Source of the DNA: an uncultured Bacteroidales bacterium
GTDB lineage: Bacteria > Bacteroidota > Bacteroidia > Bacteroidales > ML635J-15
NCBI GenBank assembly: GCA_937982115.1
Contig: CALJNE010000027.1
Coordinates: forward strand, 462-64,461
Length of the DNA: 64,000 nt
Reading direction: 5' to 3'
A program made the position numbers and the translations under genes. The notes beneath the pieces were generated by a model. The model did not search any database. It saw only the letters and a program-made list of their open reading frames with translations, and was not told the DNA's origin. The first letter of the stretch is position 1; each line of letters begins with the position of its first letter. Positions 58,331 to 64,000 of the stretch are shown in pieces.

Positions 58331-59923
58331 ATGGAAATATTTGAAAGTTTTAAAAAGACATTTCTCTTCATTTTTATTGTTATTTTCCCGCTAACCATTA
58401 TTACTTTAGGGTTTAGTAATTTCTTTGAAAAAGAGGGTAATTTAGGAGAGTTAAAAGAAAAATACTCCAGGAAGAAGATTTCATCTGTGGATCATTCAAA
58501 GTTTGAAATTTTACAAAAAGACTTCAAGGATCCTCATGAAGTTACTGAAGCTTGTTTAAGTTGCCATACAGAGAGAGGAAAGGAATTAATGAGTACAGCA
58601 CATTGGAATTGGGAAAGAGAAGAATATATCGAAGGCAGAGGCATCACCTATTTAGGTAAAAAGAATTTGATAAATAATTTCTGCACAGGAATAATGACAA
58701 ATGAACGTTCGTGTAATAAATGTCATGCAGGATTGGGATGGACAGATAAAAGTTTTGATTTCAACAATCAATTAAATATAGATTGTTTGGTTTGTCATGA
58801 TAAAACCGGCACTTACGAAAAAGCTACGGGTATGGGCGGACATCCACCGGTAGGAGAAGATGCTCCGGATTATAAAAATATAGTGGCAAACGTTGGAAGG
58901 CCAATGAAACATAATTGCGGATATTGTCATTTTAACGGAGGTGGAGGGAACAATGTTAAACATGGCGATCTTGAAACAGCTTTACTTAATTGCGACCGAA
59001 ATGTGGATGTTCACATGGCAAAAGATGGTCTTGATATGAACTGTGTTGATTGCCATCCTGCTGAAAATCATCAAATTAAAGGAAAATATTATGCAGTATC
59101 TTCAAGTAATAAGAATCGAGCATATTGCACAGATTGTCATAATCCTGCACCACACAAACAGCAAATTTTAAACGAACATACCATAAAAGTTGATTGTCGC
59201 ACTTGCCATATTCCGCATTATGCAAAAGTAAATCCGACAAAACTTTATTGGGACTGGTCAACTGCCGGAGCAATAAAAGATGGTGAAGGATACTCCGTAA
59301 CAGACAGTTTAGGCAGAGAAGTTTATACTTCAAAAAAAGGCACTTTCATTTGGGGGACAAATGTTCAGCCCGAATATGTATGGTTTAACGGAACTGCTGA
59401 TCATTTTTTGATTACAGACAAAATAGAAACCGACACCATTAATATTAATACTCTATTTGGGTCATACGTTGATCCTAATTCAAAGATTATACCCATAAAA
59501 ATTCATAAAGGAAAACAGCCTTACGATTTAAAATATAAAACGTTATTACAAGCCAAATTGTGGGCTCCCGAAAAAGGAGAAGGGGCATTTTGGATGGATT
59601 TGAATTGGGATATTGCATTAAAATTAGGAATGGAATACGTTGGTTTACCTTTTAGCGGGCAATACGGATTTATAAATACAAGAGCATATCTACCTGTAAG
59701 CCACATGGTATCAAAATCCGAAGACGCAGTTTCTTGTAAAGAATGTCATAATCGTAAAAACAGCCGACTTAAAAACGTACCCGGAGTTTACATCCCAGCT
59801 ACAAGCTATAATAAAAACATAAATATGGCCGGAACTGCCCTAATGTTATTATCATTACTAGGAGTTTTAGGACATGCCGCTCTAAGAATAAGAGCTTCAT
59901 ACAAAAAAAAAACATCAATTTAA
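58331..59923 (+). CDS. octaheme c-type cytochrome, tetrathionate-reductase (OTR) family-like
   Basis: Eight CxxCH motifs are present (CLSCH, CNKCH, CLVCH, CGYCH, CVDCH, CTDCH, CRTCH, CKECH), with no CxxCK. Size is 530 aa. There is an N-terminal hydrophobic anchor or signal and a C-terminal hydrophobic helix (AGTALMLLSLLGVLGHAAL). Multiheme status is certain; OTR-family membership is a by-eye call. Confidence 0.7.
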   Translation: MEIFESFKKTFLFIFIVIFPLTIITLGFSNFFEKEGNLGELKEKYSRKKISSVDHSKFEILQKDFKDPHEVTEACLSCHTERGKELMSTAHWNWEREEYIEGRGITYLGKKNLINNFCTGIMTNERSCNKCHAGLGWTDKSFDFNNQLNIDCLVCHDKTGTYEKATGMGGHPPVGEDAPDYKNIVANVGRPMKHNCGYCHFNGGGGNNVKHGDLETALLNCDRNVDVHMAKDGLDMNCVDCHPAENHQIKGKYYAVSSSNKNRAYCTDCHNPAPHKQQILNEHTIKVDCRTCHIPHYAKVNPTKLYWDWSTAGAIKDGEGYSVTDSLGREVYTSKKGTFIWGTNVQPEYVWFNGTADHFLITDKIETDTININTLFGSYVDPNSKIIPIKIHKGKQPYDLKYKTLLQAKLWAPEKGEGAFWMDLNWDIALKLGMEYVGLPFSGQYGFINTRAYLPVSHMVSKSEDAVSCKECHNRKNSRLKNVPGVYIPATSYNKNINMAGTALMLLSLLGVLGHAALRIRASYKKKTSI

Positions 59924-59934
59924 TTTTATAAGTC

Positions 59935-60603
59935 ATGAAAAAAGTATATATTTATAAAGTATTCGAAAGATTTTGGCACTGGACACAATCAATTTTGATA
60001 TTCACATTGGCATTAACCGGATTTGAAGTTAACGGAGCCTATGAAGTGTTAGGATACGAAACAGCAGTAAATGTTCATAATTTCTCAGCAATTTCACTTA
60101 TCATTCTGATAATTTTTGCGATATTCTGGCATTTTACCACAGGAGAATGGAGACAATACATTCCTACAAAGAAAAACATGAAAGCTCAGATAGAATATTA
60201 CATTACAGGAATTTTCCGCAATGCTCCTCACCCAACCAGAAAAACAATACTCAGTAAACTTAATCCTTTGCAAAGATTAACTTATCTGGCATTGAAAATT
60301 ATTTTGATACCTCTGATGGTAATAACCGGAATTTTATATATGCTATACAGATACGGTATGAATGGGGAGATTCATTCTTTAAAAATCGGTTCACTTGAGC
60401 CAATTGCACTATTGCATACTATAGGAGCATTTTTAATTTTGGCTTTTGTTATTGCCCATATATATCTAACCACAACCGGACATACTCCAACAAGTAATAT
60501 CAAAGCAATGCTTACAGGATGGGAAGAATTGGAAGACGATGATGATGAAAAAAAAGAAAATAATGTTAATACGGAAAAAAACGAAAAAAATGAAAATGAA
60601 TAA
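59935..60603 (+). CDS. membrane di-heme b-type cytochrome (PhsC/FdnI/HydC-like quinol-interacting subunit)
   Basis: The ERFWHWTQ start is typical of this family. It has four TM helices with conserved His (WHW, VHNF, WHF, LLHT, AHIY). The C-terminal tail DDDDEKKENNVNTEKNEKNENE is acidic and low-complexity. Confidence 0.75.
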   Translation: MKKVYIYKVFERFWHWTQSILIFTLALTGFEVNGAYEVLGYETAVNVHNFSAISLIILIIFAIFWHFTTGEWRQYIPTKKNMKAQIEYYITGIFRNAPHPTRKTILSKLNPLQRLTYLALKIILIPLMVITGILYMLYRYGMNGEIHSLKIGSLEPIALLHTIGAFLILAFVIAHIYLTTTGHTPTSNIKAMLTGWEELEDDDDEKKENNVNTEKNEKNENE

Positions 60604-61648
60604 ATTTTGGTTTGTTCTGGCACTTTTGCCGATTATGTTTTTTTCGAGTTGCAAAAATAAACCCGAAGAACAAGTAAAAGCTTCAGATAAATTTGAAGTT
60701 TTAATTAAATTTCTTGAAGAAAATAAAGATATTGTAAATTCTGAAGATGTACCTTTTTACGTGCATTCTGATGTTGTTTTTTCGGGACTGAAAAAGAATT
60801 TTTTGATAATTGACTTAAGAGATTCTGCTGATTTTACAAGCGGACATATAAATAATTCAATAAATGTTCTTCCTGAAAATATTCTTGATTATTTTGAAAA
60901 TAGGATAAATCCCCCGGTATTTGATACAATAGTTCTTGTGTGTAATACAGGGTTTAAATCAGGTTTTACAGCAATGTGTCTTAGATATTTAGGTTACAAT
61001 AATGTTTTCCCTTTAAAATACGGTCTAAGTGAATGGAATAAATCAATTGCAGAAACATATTGGTTACCTAATTTTAAAGACATTCCTTCTGAAGAAATAG
61101 ATACAGTAACTCATCCAAAAAATTCTCCCGGCAAATATCCGGAAATTATTTCATCTTTATCACAGCCCGAAGACATTCTATATGAAAGGGTAAGTCAATT
61201 ATTAAAAGGGAATTTTGAGGATTACTTTATTTCTTTAAAAGATATTTTAGGGAATGAAGATAATTATTATCTATTGTGTTATTGGCCACAAGAAAGATAT
61301 AACAAAGGACATCTTAAAGGTTCAGTGCAATATGAGCAAAAAAAATCATTAAGAACTAATGAATTCCTAAATACTTTACCAATTGAAAAAACTATTGTAG
61401 TTTATTGTTACTCAGGATTTCATTCAAGTCAGGTTACAGCATTTTTAAGAATTATCGGCTATAATGCAAAAGCATTAAGATACGGGAGTAATTCGTTTAT
61501 GTATAGTAAAATAAAAGAAGAAGAACCTTCGGGGCGATATTTTTCGGAAGATAATATTTTTGATTTTCCATTAAAAAGTAATGTTAAAACAGAACCGACG
61601 GGACCTGTTGAGCAAGGCAAAAAGACTAAACCAAAAGGAGGATGTTAA
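60590..61648 (+). CDS. lipoprotein with two rhodanese domains and a C-terminal ...KPKGGC tail
   Basis: MKMNKFWFVLALLPIMFFSSC (lipobox). There are two rhodanese modules with active-site loops VCNTGFKS and YCYSGFHSS, then a flexible linker ending GKKTKPKGGC-stop. The start overlaps the cytochrome b stop by 14 nt. Confidence 0.8.
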   Translation: MKMNKFWFVLALLPIMFFSSCKNKPEEQVKASDKFEVLIKFLEENKDIVNSEDVPFYVHSDVVFSGLKKNFLIIDLRDSADFTSGHINNSINVLPENILDYFENRINPPVFDTIVLVCNTGFKSGFTAMCLRYLGYNNVFPLKYGLSEWNKSIAETYWLPNFKDIPSEEIDTVTHPKNSPGKYPEIISSLSQPEDILYERVSQLLKGNFEDYFISLKDILGNEDNYYLLCYWPQERYNKGHLKGSVQYEQKKSLRTNEFLNTLPIEKTIVVYCYSGFHSSQVTAFLRIIGYNAKALRYGSNSFMYSKIKEEEPSGRYFSEDNIFDFPLKSNVKTEPTGPVEQGKKTKPKGGC

Positions 61649-62181
61649 AACTAAAATCAAACAATATGAATCAGCATGATAAAGAAATAAAACCTTACAT
61701 GAATCCTTATCTGGCAGGATTCTTACTTGGAGTATTACTATTGTTAACAATTTTTATTTCCGGACGAGGTCTTGGAGCAAGCGGAGCAGTAAAATCAGCC
61801 GTAATTGCGGCTGCTAACGTGATAAATAAGAATGCCCCTCAAATTTCTGATTTTTTCAAAACACAGGAAAACCCACTAAAATCCTGGTTAGTTTTTGAAG
61901 TGTTGGGAGTTATGTTTGGAGCTTTTCTATCCGGTTTTATATCCAACAGATTAACATGGAAAATTGATAAAGGGCCAGGAATAAAGAACCATACAAGAAT
62001 TATTTTTGCAGTTGTTGGTGGAGCTCTTTTTGGAATAGGTTCGCAATTCGGAAGGGGTTGTACATCAGGCGCTGCGTTAAGCGGAATGGCCGTTTTCTCT
62101 GCCGGAGGATTTCTAACAATGATGGCAATATTTGGAACCGGTTATGTTCTTGCATACTTTTTTAGAAAATTATGGTTATAA
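61642..62181 (+). CDS. YeeE/YedE family sulfur-compound transporter, half-size subunit
   Basis: NPYLAGFLLGVLLLLTIFISGRGLGASGA and the conserved FGRGCTSGAALSG motif are present, with about four TM helices. The true start may be the Met at 61666. Confidence 0.8.
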   Translation: MLKLKSNNMNQHDKEIKPYMNPYLAGFLLGVLLLLTIFISGRGLGASGAVKSAVIAAANVINKNAPQISDFFKTQENPLKSWLVFEVLGVMFGAFLSGFISNRLTWKIDKGPGIKNHTRIIFAVVGGALFGIGSQFGRGCTSGAALSGMAVFSAGGFLTMMAIFGTGYVLAYFFRKLWL

Positions 62182-62198
62182 TTTAAATTTTTAAAGAA

Positions 62199-63416
62199 AT
62201 GGGACCACTAATACCTCAAAATATTATAAGCGGAGATTTAAACTTTTTCTTTGCTTTTCTCATAGGCGTAGCGTTCGGGTATATTCTCGAACAGTCCGGA
62301 TTTTCTTCCTCACGTAAACTTGCTGGAGTTTTTTATGGATATGATTTTGTTGTTCTTAAAGTATTTTTTACAGCCGGAATAACAGCAGCAACAGGAGTTT
62401 TCTTCTTTAGTTATTTGGGTTGGCTTGATATGGATATGGTTTACGTAAATCCTCTATATGTTAACTCCGCGATTATTGGTGGAGTTATTATGGGTTTTGG
62501 TTTTATTATGGGAGGATTTTGCCCGGGAACAGGAATTGTTGGTGCTGTAATCGGAAAAATTGATGCCATATTTTTTGTTATAGGAATTTTTATCGGAGTC
62601 TTTATTTTTGGTTATTTCTTTAACTCTTTTGAACCAATATATCATGCAAATTATAAAGGCAGCATGTTTGTTCACGATGCTTTAGGAATGTCGCAATCCT
62701 GGTTTTTATTTGTGCTTGTAATTGTGGCAATTATAGCATTTATCATAACTCAAAAAATTCAAGACAAATCAACCCGTTTTAAAGAATTAATTTCAAACAC
62801 TCAAAGTTTAAAAGCAACATGGACTGCAGCATTTATCATAATTTTAGCTTTTATTGCTATTTTCTTACCAAAAGAAAGAGTTAGTTATCTTTCGGAAATA
62901 AGCTCTGAAAAACTTGCAGAAGAAATTCGCAATCCAAACCGAAAATTACCCCCTGAACGTATCGCATACAGCATAATACACAATCTTAACGACCTTGTCC
63001 TTGTTGATGTTCGTTCGCCTCAAGAATATTCAGAATTTCATTTTCCGGGAGCAATAAACGTTCCTGTCAATCAAATTTTAAAACCCGAATTTAAAGATAT
63101 TGCTTTTGCTGAAAATAAAAAAACAGTATTCTACTCAAATGGAGGACAACTTTCTGAAATAGCATGGTTAGCCGCTGCAAGAGCAGGAAAGAAAAATGTT
63201 TATGTTTTGGCAGGTGGTTTAAATAATTTTATTAAAGTTATTTTTGGAGATGTTCCGAAATCAGAAGTTAAAGATATAATGGAATTAAGCGACAGAAAAT
63301 TCATTGAATCAGCCAGAACATTTTTTATGGAAGGTGAATTATCAAAACGTCAGATAATTTCTTCTAAACCGGCATCAAACCCGGGAATAACAAAAAAAGC
63401 TAAAGGTGGATGTTAA
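62199..63416 (+). CDS. YeeE/YedE half-transporter fused to a Cys-less rhodanese domain, with a C-terminal ...KAKGGC tail
   Basis: The N-terminal half carries the GGFCPGTG motif and TM helices. The C-terminal half has a rhodanese fold (LVLVDVRSPQEYSEFHFPGAINVP...VFYSNGGQLS...LAGGLNNF) in which Ser replaces the catalytic Cys. The final residues are ITKKAKGGC-stop, and this is the only Cys in the soluble part. Confidence 0.8.
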   Translation: MGPLIPQNIISGDLNFFFAFLIGVAFGYILEQSGFSSSRKLAGVFYGYDFVVLKVFFTAGITAATGVFFFSYLGWLDMDMVYVNPLYVNSAIIGGVIMGFGFIMGGFCPGTGIVGAVIGKIDAIFFVIGIFIGVFIFGYFFNSFEPIYHANYKGSMFVHDALGMSQSWFLFVLVIVAIIAFIITQKIQDKSTRFKELISNTQSLKATWTAAFIIILAFIAIFLPKERVSYLSEISSEKLAEEIRNPNRKLPPERIAYSIIHNLNDLVLVDVRSPQEYSEFHFPGAINVPVNQILKPEFKDIAFAENKKTVFYSNGGQLSEIAWLAAARAGKKNVYVLAGGLNNFIKVIFGDVPKSEVKDIMELSDRKFIESARTFFMEGELSKRQIISSKPASNPGITKKAKGGC

Positions 63417-63428
63417 AATTTTACAAAT

Positions 63429-64000
63429 ATGAAAGACAATCAATTATTTAACGGATCACTCATATTTTTTGTTATAATTATTGGTGCTCTGCTTATTAGT
63501 GCCATTAACAAAAATTATAAAGGATATAAAATTTCAAATAATGAATTTATAAATCATTTTAGTTCTCCGGACCTTGTTATCAACTGTAAAGAATTAAACA
63601 AAATTCTGGATACAAAATCTGATGATTATTTAATTGTTGATATTCGCAATCAAAATCTTTATAAAGCTATAAATATTCCCGGCTCTGTAAATATTATACC
63701 AGAAAAAGCCTTTGAAAAAGAAACTATTAGATTCCTTAAAAAATCAAATAAAAACATCTTAATAACATCCGATTCTCAAGAACAAGCTACTATTTATGCA
63801 GCATATTTTACTAACCTTGGCATTAAAGGGCTGAAAATTATTTCCGGTTCACCAGAATTGTATATTCAACAAAAAAATAATCCATCTTACTCTTTCTATA
63901 ACTCTGAAAAACAATCCTTCTCATATAGAAACTTTATCAAACTTGAAGAAAAAGACGAATCAAAAGACCTTAACCCGATTATGCAAAGAGCCAAAGGCGG
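63429..64000 (+). CDS. membrane-anchored rhodanese-like protein, truncated by the window end at ...MQRAKGG
   Basis: My own translation gives MKDNQLFNGSLIFFVIIIGALLISAI (TM)...YLIVDIRNQNLYKAINIPGSVNI...NILITSDSQEQATIYAAYF..., open to position 64000. Ser occupies the active-site position. The last readable residues are A-K-G-G. Confidence 0.7.
   Translation, partial: MKDNQLFNGSLIFFVIIIGALLISAINKNYKGYKISNNEFINHFSSPDLVINCKELNKILDTKSDDYLIVDIRNQNLYKAINIPGSVNIIPEKAFEKETIRFLKKSNKNILITSDSQEQATIYAAYFTNLGIKGLKIISGSPELYIQQKNNPSYSFYNSEKQSFSYRNFIKLEEKDESKDLNPIMQRAKG

Noticed and set aside
60539-60603. A 65-nt overlap between the cytochrome b ORF and the track's rhodanese ORF contains an A8 run, which suggested a possible programmed frameshift or fusion.
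   Set aside because: The rhodanese protein has its own ATG (60590 or 60596) followed immediately by a textbook lipoprotein signal peptide (FFSSC). The upstream MMMKKKK... codons are just the alternative frame of the low-complexity tail.
61631-61645. The shared nucleotide string AAAGGnGGATGTTAA at both tail ends (also at 63402-63416) includes an AAGGAGG Shine-Dalgarno-like element and an ATG, which suggested a conserved translational-coupling signal.
   Set aside because: The string is fully explained by coding K-G-G-C-stop. At the second site the embedded ATG opens only a 13-codon ORF. Bacteroidota generally do not rely on SD sequences. The start at 61642 versus 61666 remains ambiguous.
61637-61648. 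The terminal Cys of the KGGC tails might have been selenocysteine or a stop-codon read-through site.
   Set aside because: Both complete tails use TGT for Cys and end in TAA, not TGA. I saw no SECIS-like hairpin requirement.
1-64000. I scanned for CRISPR arrays, rRNA operons, integrase or prophage blocks, toxin-antitoxin pairs and recognisable defence systems.
   Set aside because: No regularly spaced direct repeats, rRNA-like sequence, integrase or recombinase, or defence-gene signatures were seen. The helicases present are ordinary DEAD-box RNA helicases.

Overview
The window is a low-GC (roughly 30%) chromosomal segment that looks like Bacteroidota. Supporting evidence: three large secreted proteins carry type IX secretion (T9SS) C-terminal sorting domains, a gldF-gldG gliding-motility ABC pair is present, DUF1573, DUF4249 and DUF4340 families occur, and the Bacteroidota -7 promoter motif TAnnTTTG sits directly upstream of most transcription units, including all three tRNAs. 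Most of the window is ordinary housekeeping: htrA, dapF, ackA, gcvT, a glutamine synthetase, two DEAD-box helicases, fetAB, dnaN, tsaD, tamB, trxB, nth, argS, hup, trmH, ohr and a TonB-dependent receptor. I saw no CRISPR array, rRNA or intact prophage. The most interesting region is the tightly packed plus-strand operon from 58331 to the window end. It encodes an octaheme c-type cytochrome (8 CxxCH motifs, tetrathionate-reductase-family-like), a b-type cytochrome membrane subunit, a double-rhodanese lipoprotein, a split YeeE/YedE sulfur-transporter pair (the second half fused to a rhodanese domain) and a further membrane-anchored rhodanese. All three rhodanese-bearing proteins end in the same tail, ...K-G-G-C-stop (the third is cut at ...AKGG by the window edge), attached through a flexible linker. 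In two of them the canonical rhodanese active-site cysteine is replaced by serine. I read this as a candidate periplasmic or membrane sulfur-relay and respiration module with SoxY-like C-terminal carrier arms. Smaller observations: a 36-codon stub of pta directly upstream of ackA, a 17-codon stub of a RayT/IS200-like transposase, and two diverged IS1595-like transposase-related paralogs (one bracketed by a 12-nt direct repeat). There is also a GC-rich three-hairpin island next to a tRNA-Ser, a threefold FN3 plus anchor-J-like module repeat in a T9SS cargo protein, and a tandem DUF1573 duplication. Coordinates I derived by hand (tRNAs, hairpins, motifs, revised starts) may be off by 1-2 nt. All family assignments come from reading motifs by eye, not from database searches.
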